A DNA stretch of 60,574 nt from positions 1,496-62,069 of the forward strand of contig DOAO01000006.1 in NCBI GenBank assembly GCA_003504275.1. Reading direction: 5' to 3'. This DNA is from Patescibacteria group bacterium. GTDB taxonomy: Bacteria; Patescibacteriota; Minisyncoccia; Phycocordibacterales; UBA12445. This document shows, piece by piece, positions 45,626 to 55,514 of the stretch. Position 1 is the stretch's first letter; the number at the start of each line of letters is the position of its first letter. Under the pieces are notes generated by a model. It had not been told where the DNA came from and did not search any database. It worked only from the letters and a program-made list of their open reading frames with translations. The position numbers and the translations under genes are program-made.

Positions 45626-46942
45626 CTATTTACCATCAATTAATAATTTAGCGGCTCTATCTAATTGAGGATCTTTTCCTGCGATTACATCCTCTTTGGT
45701 TATCGGGATTACAATGTCTGGCGTAAGTCCAAAATCAGAAATAGAGTGTCCATTCGGGGTCATCCATTTCGCAACTGTGATTTTAAGGAAGGTGTCTCCT
45801 GTTACTGGAACGAGTTCTTGAACAGAACCTTTTCCAAAAGATTTTTCTCCGACAAGTTTAGCAACACCATGTTCACTTAGTGCACCAGCTAGAATTTCTG
45901 ATGCTGATGCTGAACCCCTATCAATAAGAATCGCCATTTTTAAAACTTTTGGATCAAAAATATCATACCCCTTACTTCTGTGAACGTTGCTTATTTTATT
46001 GCTATTTTTTCCAAATTCTTCTGAGACCACCACTTTTCCTGATGGAAGGAACCAGCTTGCCATATCTACAGAGGCCTCTAAATATCCGCCGGGATTTCCC
46101 CGAAGGTCCAAAATCAATTTATCTGATCCGGATAATATAAATTTTCTAAGGGCATCTCGGAACAGATCTGCTGATGGGGCCGAGAAGTTAAAGAGTCTAA
46201 TTACAAATACTCCGTCGTTACGAAGTCCATCGCCGGCATTATTTCCCCGAAGCAAATCACCGTTTTTGGTTTTTCCGGTACCAAGTTGAATAGTAGGAAT
46301 ATCTATCGTGGCTCTTGTTATTTTAATTTCTATTGGCTCAGGCTCTCCATCTCTTACGAATGTTAATTTGACCTCGGTTCCTTTCTTGCCCCTGATAAGA
46401 GAAACTGCCTCCTCTACACTCATTCCGAAGGTTGTTTTATCCTCAATAGATACTACCTTATCTCCAGATTTAACACCTGCTTTTTTGGCAGGAGTACCTT
46501 CTAGTGGTGCCACCACAGTTATAACTCCTTCTTTAATTCCAAGCTCCATACCGACTCCTTCAAAAGTGCCACTTATTTCATTTTGAAAATTTTTTGCTTG
46601 TTCTGGTGCCATGAAAACTGAGTATGGATCACCTAAAGAACTGACAAGTCCTGATATTGCTCCGTAAACTTTTTCTTCGTCGGTCGGAATCTTTTTTGTT
46701 GTTGTGCTACTACCACTTTCTATATGGCCATTAACATATTTTTCATTTATTAGGTTCCACGTGACCCAGAAGGGGGTAAAGTCAGTTTGTGCGACATGTT
46801 GCGGTTGTTCTTTGTTTTTTAATTCAGATACTTTTTCTATTTGAGGACGCGAGTCAAAACCAACCCCCATTCCAAGAATAAAAGAGACACCTATTGTTAA
46901 AACATAGAGTGCTATGGAACTAATTTTTTTATCTTTAGTCAT
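45626..46942 (-). CDS. S41 C-terminal processing peptidase (CtpA-like)
   Basis: LGDPYS, PDZ domain GVGMEL, LDLRGNPGG, SASASEI, KSFGKGSVQ. Confidence 0.92.
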   Translation of the reverse strand: MTKDKKISSIALYVLTIGVSFILGMGVGFDSRPQIEKVSELKNKEQPQHVAQTDFTPFWVTWNLINEKYVNGHIESGSSTTTKKIPTDEEKVYGAISGLVSSLGDPYSVFMAPEQAKNFQNEISGTFEGVGMELGIKEGVITVVAPLEGTPAKKAGVKSGDKVVSIEDKTTFGMSVEEAVSLIRGKKGTEVKLTFVRDGEPEPIEIKITRATIDIPTIQLGTGKTKNGDLLRGNNAGDGLRNDGVFVIRLFNFSAPSADLFRDALRKFILSGSDKLILDLRGNPGGYLEASVDMASWFLPSGKVVVSEEFGKNSNKISNVHRSKGYDIFDPKVLKMAILIDRGSASASEILAGALSEHGVAKLVGEKSFGKGSVQELVPVTGDTFLKITVAKWMTPNGHSISDFGLTPDIVIPITKEDVIAGKDPQLDRAAKLLIDGK

Positions 46943-47106
46943 TTACGGGTAATTATGACAAATTTTCTTTTTACTTTCAAACTGAGTTATTCAGTTTTTT
47001 AAATTAAAAAATAGCCCCATGCATTGTGTGCATGGGGTAATTATTTTAAAACCTTACTCAGCATGATTATTTAATTGTTCTTTTATGTTCTTTGTCTTGC
47101 ATTAAC

Positions 47107-47613
47107 TCAGCAAATAAAAGTCAAGAAACCTAAGGCGGCTTCTGTTCTCCAAAGGTTTATTTTAGAGACCCAGTCTTGTGGAAAAGGTAGTATCTCTATT
47201 CTTTCATGAATAGACACCATTCTTTCCCAGATAGCTCCACGAGACCCCCACCATTTAGGAAGAAAAAATGTCTTTTTTATTAGGCCAGATCTCAAGATTT
47301 TTCCGTAAAATATCTCAAGTAGCTCACGGCAATAAACTGGAGGGTAGTCTGATTTTACTATTCGATGCATTGCTTCCTCAAAGGCAATCTGATTAAAGAC
47401 ACTAAAGCCTTTTATGCGAAGAAATTTTATGGAGTTCTCAAAAAATTCCATATTTTCTTTGAAGCTTTTTCCGCCGGTTGTCATTGGCCCACAAACCTGA
47501 ACTACTGGTTGAGGCATACGCTTGATAACCCTTATAGCTATATCGGCGAGCTCCTCAAAGGTTTTGGCTTTTTCTAGATCCTCTAAGTCTGAGCTTTTCC
47601 AGTATTTTTCCAT
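47107..47613 (-). CDS. Hypothetical protein, DUF4406/NDT-like fold
   Basis: VCGPMTTG...F......L...G..VFNQ...FLP.W..SRGA.WE. Strong SD. Confidence 0.55.
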   Translation of the reverse strand: MEKYWKSSDLEDLEKAKTFEELADIAIRVIKRMPQPVVQVCGPMTTGGKSFKENMEFFENSIKFLRIKGFSVFNQIAFEEAMHRIVKSDYPPVYCRELLEIFYGKILRSGLIKKTFFLPKWWGSRGAIWERMVSIHERIEILPFPQDWVSKINLWRTEAALGFLTFIC

Positions 47614-47876
47614 AAAAACCTCCTTTTTGTATTTTTATTGAATTAAATAATATTTTAAATTTTCAAAGAATTTTTTAAAACAATAGCAGTAAATAGATTA
47701 TCTATCAAGTCAATCTTATTTTTTTTAATTTTTTTGAGTGAATTTTAAAAAACAGCTTTACAAATAATCATTTTTCGTTATACTGTGCCCTATTATAAGT
47801 AACACCGTTTGGAGAGAGGAATCGAACCGACGGGAACCCCCGAACCCATGTAGAAGGGGTAAAATTGGGAATAAAA

Positions 47877-49019
47877 ATGACAACAATAGAAAAAACAGTA
47901 TTGTCCAAAACCGTGTTGATGGACAAGGTGATGAAAGATTCACCACTTCCACCTCAGGAAGGACAGCTCGTAGAAGGTAAGGTTATAGGTCACGATAAAC
48001 TCAGACTCTATATAGATGTTAAGCCATTTGGTACAGCTCTTATTTACGGAAGAGAATACCTTAACGCAAGAGATGTAATTAAAAATATTCACGACGGTGA
48101 TAGCGTTACCGCTAAGGTAGTTGAGCCCGAGACAGAAGAAGGATACATCGGACTTTCTCTAAAGGAAGCCAGACAGGCAGCCACATGGAGCGATGCAGAA
48201 GAGGCTATTAAGAATAAGACAATATTTGAACTCTTGGTTAAAGATGCCAACAAGGGCGGTCTTATTATTGACTGGCAGAATGTATCAGGATTCCTTCCCG
48301 CTTCACAGCTCAAGGAGGAACACTATCCTAGGGTTACGGATGGTAACAAGGACAGAATAATGGAGGAACTGAAGAAACTCATTGGAAAGAAAATTGCAGT
48401 TACAATTATCGGTGCCACACCAAAGGAGGACAAACTTATTTTCTCCGAGAAGACAGTTGGAGAGAAAGACAGAACAGAATTGGTTGAGAAGTACAAGGTG
48501 GGGGATGTCCTCGACGGAGAGGTTACGGGCGCAGTTGACTTCGGTATCTTCGTTAAGGTTGAGAGTGGTCTCGAGGGACTCGTTCACATTTCCGAGCTTG
48601 ATTGGTCACTCGTTGAAAATCCAAGAAAATTGTTCAATGTTGGCGATAAAGTAAAGGCTAAGGTTATTGAGATAAAGGACGGAAAGGTTTCACTTTCCAT
48701 AAAAGCTCTCAAGGATAACCCATGGAAATCTGCTGAGGCTAAATACAAGAAAGGAATGAAAGTAAGCGGTGTTCCTATCAAATACAACAAGCACGGTGTG
48801 CTCGTAAGTATTGAAGAGGGAGTAGCCGGTTTGGTTCACATTTCTAACTACGGCACAGAGGATAAGATGAAACAGGCACTTGAGCTCGGAAAGAATTATG
48901 ACTTCGTTATGAATCTATTTGAGCCTAAAGAGCAGAAAATGACTCTTGTCCCGGCTGATATTGCCGAGAAGAAAGCCGCAGAAGCTGCTACAGCTCCCGC
49001 AACAGAAGAGAAGAAATAA
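47877..49019 (+). CDS. rpsA: Ribosomal protein bS1 (four S1 domains)
   Basis: GYIGLSLK, ANKGGL, GFLPASQL, GLVHISELDW, SLSIKAL. Confidence 0.93.
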   Translation: MTTIEKTVLSKTVLMDKVMKDSPLPPQEGQLVEGKVIGHDKLRLYIDVKPFGTALIYGREYLNARDVIKNIHDGDSVTAKVVEPETEEGYIGLSLKEARQAATWSDAEEAIKNKTIFELLVKDANKGGLIIDWQNVSGFLPASQLKEEHYPRVTDGNKDRIMEELKKLIGKKIAVTIIGATPKEDKLIFSEKTVGEKDRTELVEKYKVGDVLDGEVTGAVDFGIFVKVESGLEGLVHISELDWSLVENPRKLFNVGDKVKAKVIEIKDGKVSLSIKALKDNPWKSAEAKYKKGMKVSGVPIKYNKHGVLVSIEEGVAGLVHISNYGTEDKMKQALELGKNYDFVMNLFEPKEQKMTLVPADIAEKKAAEAATAPATEEKK

Positions 49020-49132
49020 TTCACCCGCCAAAATTTTTCAATTTAAGTTAATTAAATCAGAAAATAAAATTTTTTGATTAAAAAATAATTGAAAGAGAAA
49101 TCTTAACTTTATAAAAAAATTAGGAGGGTAAA
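49020..49132 (+). repeat. AT-rich element with imperfect terminal inverted repeats
   Basis: TTCACCCGCCAAAATTTT (49020-49037) ... AAAAATTAGGAGGGTAAA (49115-49132). Starts directly after the rpsA TAA. Confidence 0.7.
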
Positions 49133-49201
49133 TTTTAAAAACAAAAACCACTTCGACATTAATCGAGGTGGTTTTTGACAATATTTATGATGGGTTGTAG
49201 T

Positions 49202-51238
49202 ATGTCTCGGTCCATGTTAGAAAAGAAATTCAAACTAAAAAGCGAATTTAAGCCAGAAGGCGACCAGCCTGAGGCTATAAAAAAGCTCATGGAAGGTATT
49301 AAAAAAGGTATGCCACACCAGACGCTTCTTGGAGTAACCGGCTCGGGTAAGACCTTCACAGCGGCAAATATCATAAAACAGGTTAATAAGCCTGTCCTTG
49401 TCATTGCGCACAATAAGACTCTCGCAGCACAACTTGCCGAGGAGTATCGCCAATTTTTCCCCGAGAATGCTGTTCACTACTTCGTTTCTTACTACGACTA
49501 CTACCAGCCGGAGGCATATATGCCGATAACTGATACATATATAGAGAAAGATGCGAAAATAAATGAGGAGATAGACAGATTGCGACATGCTTCTACTCAG
49601 GCGCTTCTTTCGAGACGCGATGTTATTATCGTCGCTTCCGTTTCTTGTATTTATGGTCTTGGTAATCCGAAAGAATATCAGGAAGAGAATTTGAAACTCA
49701 ATAAAGGAATGGAAATAGACAGAACGGAACTTCTCAAGAAACTTATTCATATTCACTTCGAGCGAACGAATGCTGATTTAACGCCGGGTACTTTTAGAGC
49801 GATTGGTAACACTGTCGAGATAATGCCGTCATCCGAGAAGAATATTTGGACGCTACATCTCTCTGGTGGTACGAAACAGAAAATAGAAAAAATACATCTA
49901 GTCGACGCAATATCAAGAAAGATGATGGGGGAGGAGGAAACTATTTTTATTTTCCCCGCCAAACACTTCCTTATTCCACAAGAAGAGAGAGAACGAGCGA
50001 TAAAAGATATCGCAGATGAGCTTGTTGTCGCTCTCAAGAATTTAAAAAAGGAGGGAAAAAATCTTGAAGCGGAGAGACTAAAAAGAAGGACTAATTATGA
50101 TCTCGCCATGATAAAAGAGGTCGGCTATTGTAGTGGTATCGAAAATTATTCGAGACATTTGTCGGGAAGAAAGCCTGGCGAAGCCCCCGACACACTTCTT
50201 TCTTATTTTCCAAAAGATAAAGACGGTAAACCTGATTTTCTTACAATAGTTGATGAATCGCACGTTACTATTCCACAGATAGGTGGTATGTGTGCAGGTG
50301 ATCAGTCCAGAAAAAAGACCCTAGTGGAATTTGGTTTTCGTCTTCCTTCTGCGAAGGACAATAGACCGCTTAGATTTAATGAATTTTCTGAGAGGGTTGG
50401 ACAGATAATATATACAACGGCGACTCCCGCTGACTATGAAAGAGAGGTTTCGGGACAAATTGTGGAACAGATAATCAGACCGACGGGACTTATCGATCCA
50501 CAGATAGATGTGCGACCGATAATAGAGGGAGAGGGTTATAAGGGACAGGTTTTTGACCTCATTCAAGAAGCCGAAAAAACTATAAAGAGTGGTGAACGAG
50601 TGCTCGTTACGACACTTACAAAAAAGATGGCCGAAGAATTTAGCGAATATTTAAAAGAAAAAGGTATTAAGGCTGAGTATCTCCATAGTGATGTGAAGAC
50701 GATAGAGAGAATAAAAATATTGACTGAATTTAGAAGGGGTAAATTTGATTGTATTGTCGGAGTAAACTTACTTAGAGAGGGGCTCGACCTGCCGGAAGTA
50801 TCTCTTATTGGAATCCTCGATGCCGACAAGGAGGGATTTTTGAGGTCCGAAACTGCACTCATACAGACAATAGGAAGAGCTGCTAGAAATGTCAACGGAA
50901 GAGTTATCCTTTATGCCGATAATATTACAGGCTCAATGAAAAGGGCTATAGACGAGACAAATAGAAGAAGAGGAATCCAGCTTGAATATAATAAAAAGCA
51001 CGGTATCACTCCTAAAACTATTTTGAAAAATATTAGCGACATCACTGACACTCTCGAGATGAAACACAAGAAAGCTGTCGGTAAATTGCTCGTGATAGAT
51101 AGAGAGCTTTTTATGAAGAATCCTAAGGCACTTATAAAAGAGAAGGAGAGACAAATGAGTGAGGCGGTAAAGATACTTGATTTTGAAACGGCTGCAATAT
51201 TAAGAGATGAGATCAAGGAGCTCAGGTCTGAGTTTTAA
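49202..51238 (+). CDS. uvrB: Excinuclease ABC subunit B
   Basis: GVTGSGKTFT, YYDYYQPEAY, DESHVT, NLLREGLDLPEV, QTIGRAARN, FETAAILRD. Confidence 0.97.
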   Translation: MSRSMLEKKFKLKSEFKPEGDQPEAIKKLMEGIKKGMPHQTLLGVTGSGKTFTAANIIKQVNKPVLVIAHNKTLAAQLAEEYRQFFPENAVHYFVSYYDYYQPEAYMPITDTYIEKDAKINEEIDRLRHASTQALLSRRDVIIVASVSCIYGLGNPKEYQEENLKLNKGMEIDRTELLKKLIHIHFERTNADLTPGTFRAIGNTVEIMPSSEKNIWTLHLSGGTKQKIEKIHLVDAISRKMMGEEETIFIFPAKHFLIPQEERERAIKDIADELVVALKNLKKEGKNLEAERLKRRTNYDLAMIKEVGYCSGIENYSRHLSGRKPGEAPDTLLSYFPKDKDGKPDFLTIVDESHVTIPQIGGMCAGDQSRKKTLVEFGFRLPSAKDNRPLRFNEFSERVGQIIYTTATPADYEREVSGQIVEQIIRPTGLIDPQIDVRPIIEGEGYKGQVFDLIQEAEKTIKSGERVLVTTLTKKMAEEFSEYLKEKGIKAEYLHSDVKTIERIKILTEFRRGKFDCIVGVNLLREGLDLPEVSLIGILDADKEGFLRSETALIQTIGRAARNVNGRVILYADNITGSMKRAIDETNRRRGIQLEYNKKHGITPKTILKNISDITDTLEMKHKKAVGKLLVIDRELFMKNPKALIKEKERQMSEAVKILDFETAAILRDEIKELRSEF

Positions 51239-51297
51239 AAAATAAATGAAAAGGCCGTCCAATTAAGGACGGCTTTTTACTTGTAATATAGAGAGAC

Positions 51298-51474
51298 CTA
51301 CTTTTCCGAATGGCGGAGCTTCTTTGCTCTTCCGGAGAATGATTTTTCGCATACTTTTTTAAGAGCGAATTTCAGTCTCTTCAACGATAGCTTAATATCT
51401 AGCCTGAGAAAGTCCATGACTTTTTTTACTATTTCGGTGGAGTCATATTTTTCTCTTTCAAGCCTTTCTATCAT
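51298..51474 (-). CDS. Small basic hypothetical protein
   Basis: MIERLEREKY..., overlapping the upstream ORF end by 17 nt. Confidence 0.4.
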   Translation of the reverse strand: MIERLEREKYDSTEIVKKVMDFLRLDIKLSLKRLKFALKKVCEKSFSGRAKKLRHSEK

Positions 51475-51907
51475 GATCGACGACAGCAATGATTGGTAGG
51501 GGTGGAACAGGAGTTTTTTTAACAATCTGTTTTGTTTTTTTGCCATTCTTTGTTACCCCCTTTTTATTTTCGGCTTTTTCTGTTTCGGATTCGCTTTCGT
51601 TCGTCTTTTTGTGTTCAAAGGTTCGCCATTTTTTTCTTTCTTTACGGCCGATAATCATTTTGTTTCCGGAAAGAAGCCCTTTAACTTTTTCATATACAAA
51701 TGATTTAAGTTCGGGAGGAACTTTGTTCAATTTAATCAAAATTTGTCCTCCGACCTCATTTCGCTGAAGAGAATCATCTGAAACAATACTTTCTATGAGC
51801 GAAAGCCTTTTTTCTGTTGTTCCGAACAAGGCCATTCTATAAGTGAAGAGGAGATAATTTGCTACGGCCTTAATTAGGTGAACGGTTTTTCTCTTTCTTG
51901 TTCTCAC
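51458..51907 (-). CDS. Basic hypothetical protein
   Basis: 149 aa, GAGAGGAG SD-like site upstream of the GTG. Confidence 0.55.
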   Translation of the reverse strand: MRTRKRKTVHLIKAVANYLLFTYRMALFGTTEKRLSLIESIVSDDSLQRNEVGGQILIKLNKVPPELKSFVYEKVKGLLSGNKMIIGRKERKKWRTFEHKKTNESESETEKAENKKGVTKNGKKTKQIVKKTPVPPLPIIAVVDHDRKA

Positions 51908-52073
51908 ACAACCAACTCCTCTCTATATTAATTTTTGAAGTACTAATTTCTCTAGTAAGTGTATCATAATTAAGTAATTTTGTCAATTACCTTGTCTTTT
52001 ATTTTAAAAATGGTACTATCTTGTGACATTAGTTCTTTCAAAAAATAAAGAAAAAAGGAGGGGGGTAGTTCTG

Positions 52074-52250
52074 ATGAATGAACACAAAGAAGTTTATTTT
52101 CCTGGAATATTTCCGGAAATACCGACAAAAAAAGAAATGGAAGATTTTCTGAATGAAGACGCAAAAGAGGAAAAAAATAACCCTAAAGAGAAAATCATAG
52201 AGATTTTCCTCGAAAGGCTTCACAATGTCCCCTTTAAATTGGGGTTCTAA
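52074..52250 (+). CDS. Small hypothetical protein
   Basis: SD AAGGAGGGGG, 58 aa, terminator AAAACCCGAACT/AGTTCGGGTTTT downstream. Confidence 0.55.
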   Translation: MNEHKEVYFPGIFPEIPTKKEMEDFLNEDAKEEKNNPKEKIIEIFLERLHNVPFKLGF

Positions 52251-52440
52251 AAAATAAAACCCGAACTTTAAGTTCGGGTTTTAATCTTAATGTGATTAAT
52301 TTAATTTACCCCCACCTTCCTGTAATATTAATTTATTATAAATAAGCTTATTGTATGTTGTAATTTTAAAAAATATTGACCTTATTCTATAAATAATGAT
52401 AATTAAAGTATTGTCTCGTTATTAGATTCAAATTATTTTT

Positions 52441-52974
52441 ATGGAAGAAAAAAGAAAGGTGTTTTTGGCCCTTATGGTGCCAGATGAGATTAAGCATGAG
52501 GTAGCAGAATTGAAGAATAAATACCACAATTTTCCTGTAAGATGGATAGGGGACAAAGATTTGCATATTACAGTAATAGCCCCATGGTTAGAGGAAGATT
52601 TACCGGCACTTTTAGAAAAACTTAACAATCTAGAAGGAAAAATAGGACGCATTAACGTACTTTTTGATACTGTCGCTTATGGTCCTAATAATTTTTCCCC
52701 AAGACTTATTTGGACGACAGGGGATGTTCCACAGAAGATTTTAGACCTAAGGGTAATGTTGAAAGATATTCTTGCTATAACAAATTTTAGAAATGATTTC
52801 TTTACTCACCTGACTTTGGCTAGATTCGAACCTGCCGATATAGAGAGAATGCCAATGAGAAGAATAAGGGAAGAGGTTAAGTGGAGAGGGGTAACAGACA
52901 CACTTCTTTTGATTGAATCTAAGCCAGGAACAGGCGGTCCAGACTATGAAGTTCTTAAAGAAATAAAACTCTAA
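52441..52974 (+). CDS. thpR: RNA 2',3'-cyclic phosphodiesterase (2H family)
   Basis: Two HxT motifs, LHITV and HLTLAR. Confidence 0.88.
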   Translation: MEEKRKVFLALMVPDEIKHEVAELKNKYHNFPVRWIGDKDLHITVIAPWLEEDLPALLEKLNNLEGKIGRINVLFDTVAYGPNNFSPRLIWTTGDVPQKILDLRVMLKDILAITNFRNDFFTHLTLARFEPADIERMPMRRIREEVKWRGVTDTLLLIESKPGTGGPDYEVLKEIKL

Positions 52975-52993
52975 ATAGTGCATTCTCCTTATT

Positions 52994-53041
52994 CGTCATT
53001 GCGAGGGCGAGGCGTCCTAGCCGAAGCACGTGGCAATCCAG
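52994..53041. repeat. CGTCATTGCGAG...GTGGCAATC palindromic unit
   Basis: Same ends as the units at 19653, 19768, 41661 and 41725. Confidence 0.7.
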
Positions 53042-53110
53042 AAATAAGAATAAAGAATAAGAAATAAAAAAAGCTCTGGCAGATACCAGAGCTTTTTGTT
53101 TTATATACTT

Positions 53111-53425
53111 TTAGTGACTTGTCAATTTATCTTTTTCTGTTCGTAGCTTTTCTAACGCTAAGTCTTTGGCCTTATCCATGGAAGACATCAGACTGTCACC
53201 ATAAGCCTTTACTCTCGAGTCTATTCCTCTAACTGTGAAATTTATTTCAGTAAAAAATATTTCCCCATTTTTTTGTTTGTTTGTCGTTTTTCCTATCTCT
53301 ACATTTGCACAAGCACCAGTATCATCATCTGTAACAAATTTCCCAAGGGCAGATAACTTCTTGCTTAAATAATTGTAGATCTCGGGAATGAGTTCTATGC
53401 CAGTTCCTTTAATATTTATGTTCAT
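53111..53425 (-). CDS. Ribosome hibernation factor HPF/RaiA family
   Basis: MNINIKGTGIEL...YLSKKL..L.K, AEIN-like EINF, DLMSSMD-like DSLMSSMDKAKD. Confidence 0.8.
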   Translation of the reverse strand: MNINIKGTGIELIPEIYNYLSKKLSALGKFVTDDDTGACANVEIGKTTNKQKNGEIFFTEINFTVRGIDSRVKAYGDSLMSSMDKAKDLALEKLRTEKDKLTSH

Positions 53426-53483
53426 AAAAAATATTATCTGATAACAGATAAATTTTAACAGATTTTGCTATAATTTAACAATC

Positions 53484-55319
53484 ATGAAATTTTTACAAAT
53501 TCCGCAGAGAAGTTATCTTCTGGGAGCCACACTAACCCTGTTGTTATTTTTATCTCTTTTTGGTTTTGAGGTAACACTTCCTTTATTGTTTTTTGCCATT
53601 GTAGGTTCTCTTCCTGTTTTAATAAAGGCAACAAAAGATGTTTTTAGTTTTAAAATAAGCATAGAAGTATTTAATACGTTTGTGCTTATTGTTGCTTTTT
53701 TAATAGCTGATTCAGATTCGGCAGCCTTTATTGTGTTAATGCTCACGTTTGCGGATTACCTTGATTTTATAACAGCAACTCGCGCCCATGGTGCAGTGGA
53801 AGAGCTTTTGAAATTGAATCCCGTTAAGGCTACGATAGAAAAGGGTGGAATTTTAAAAGAAATAGATATCAATAAAATTATTGAAGGAGATATTATTTTT
53901 GTAAAAAAGGGGGATAGGGTGCCTGTGGACGGTGTGGTTATTTCTGGTAAGGCGTTCTTGAATGAAGCCTCTGTTAGTGGAGAATCGATGCCTGTCGAAA
54001 AGATCACTGGAGATACTGTTTTTAGTTCTACTTTAAATGAGGTCGGGTTTATAAAAATCAAAGCCACGGGTGTTGGAAAAAATTCCACGATAGAAAGAAT
54101 TGCGGGGCTTATACAAAAAGCATCACTCCATAAATCTAAGCAGGAAAAGATGGCGGATAGTTTTGCTGAAATATTTTTACCGTCACTCTTAATATTGGGT
54201 GGAGTTACTTATTATTTTACCCAAGATCTTAGCGTTGTCGTTTCTCTCTTTCTGGTTGCTTGTGCCGATGATATGGCTGTTGCAATACCTTTAGCCATGA
54301 CAGCCTCGCTTGGTAGAGCTGCTAGGAGGGGTGTCATAATAAAGGGTGGAGAATGGCTTGATGCTTTGGCAAATACAAAAACCATTGTTTTTGACAAGAC
54401 AGGGACTCTTACCTACGGTACTTTGGCTATACAGAGCGTACACGTTGAGTCTGGTTTTGAAGAGTCGTTTTTTTGGGAGAGGGTTGGGGTGGCCGAAAAA
54501 TACTCAGAACATTCCATCGGTAGGGCGATTTTTAGAGAGGCCAATAAAAGGATAAAAGAAATAAATGATCCTGATTTTTTTGAGAGTTATAATAGTAAGG
54601 GGGTAATGGTTTCTTATAAAGGGGATGTCGTGGCTGTTGGTAATGAAGATCTCTTCGCCGACATCAGTATAACTTTAAATGAAAATGCACTTTCTGTTTT
54701 AGAAAGAGAAAGAAAAGAACACAAAAATACAACTTCGCTTGTCTATATAAACAAAAAATTTGCCGGAGTTATAACCGTTGCAGATGTTGTGCACCCTGAA
54801 GCAAAGAAAAGCATAGAATCGTTGCGTATTTTAGGGATTGAAACTATAAAAATGTTTACAGGAGATAGTGGAGAAATCGCTAGAACTGTATCAGGTAATC
54901 TGGGCATAACGGATATTAATTTTAAAATGACACCAGAAACTAAATTACTGGAGTTGGAAAAAATAAGTAAAGAAAATGTTGTGGCTATGGTGGGGGATGG
55001 TATAAATGACGCTCCTTCTTTGGCGAGGGCTGATGTCGGTATCGTTATGGGTAATGGGTCTTCGGCCGTAGCAGTGGAGGCCGCGGATGTAATCGTATTA
55101 ACAAATAATCTAAATAGAATTCCCGAAATGATAGAGTTAGGAAGAAAAACGCAGTCGATTATAAAGGTGGACATAATTATTTGGGTGGTTACCAATTTAG
55201 TTGGTTTTGCTCTGGTTTTTACTGGGGTAATCGGTCCGGTTCTTGCTGCATTTTATAATTTTGCGACCGACTTTTTCCCGCTCATAAATTCCTCTAGGCT
55301 ATTTAGGGAAAAGATATAA
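53484..55319 (+). CDS. P1B-type heavy-metal ATPase
   Basis: SGES, DKTGTLT, MFTGD, VGDGINDAP. The TM motif is ACADD and the HP locus reads SEHSIG. Confidence 0.92.
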   Translation: MKFLQIPQRSYLLGATLTLLLFLSLFGFEVTLPLLFFAIVGSLPVLIKATKDVFSFKISIEVFNTFVLIVAFLIADSDSAAFIVLMLTFADYLDFITATRAHGAVEELLKLNPVKATIEKGGILKEIDINKIIEGDIIFVKKGDRVPVDGVVISGKAFLNEASVSGESMPVEKITGDTVFSSTLNEVGFIKIKATGVGKNSTIERIAGLIQKASLHKSKQEKMADSFAEIFLPSLLILGGVTYYFTQDLSVVVSLFLVACADDMAVAIPLAMTASLGRAARRGVIIKGGEWLDALANTKTIVFDKTGTLTYGTLAIQSVHVESGFEESFFWERVGVAEKYSEHSIGRAIFREANKRIKEINDPDFFESYNSKGVMVSYKGDVVAVGNEDLFADISITLNENALSVLERERKEHKNTTSLVYINKKFAGVITVADVVHPEAKKSIESLRILGIETIKMFTGDSGEIARTVSGNLGITDINFKMTPETKLLELEKISKENVVAMVGDGINDAPSLARADVGIVMGNGSSAVAVEAADVIVLTNNLNRIPEMIELGRKTQSIIKVDIIIWVVTNLVGFALVFTGVIGPVLAAFYNFATDFFPLINSSRLFREKI

Positions 55320-55514
55320 TAGGATTTATACAATAATCTATTTTTTAAAAATTACTACCACTGAAGATAGGAAGAGGAACTTATGTTTGAATATATTATA
55401 TAATCCGCCACCCCCATCTGAGTCCGATTTTATTTCAGTATTAATTATTTTTTATTGGCTATTAAAACACACCCCCGTGGGGTGTGTTTCTAATTTGTTT
55501 ATCTTTGCTAGACT

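Noticed and set aside
47800-47876. Riboswitch upstream of rpsA
   Set aside because: It is GC-richer than its surroundings, but I could not match it to any riboswitch consensus. It may be an S1 leader but is unsupported.
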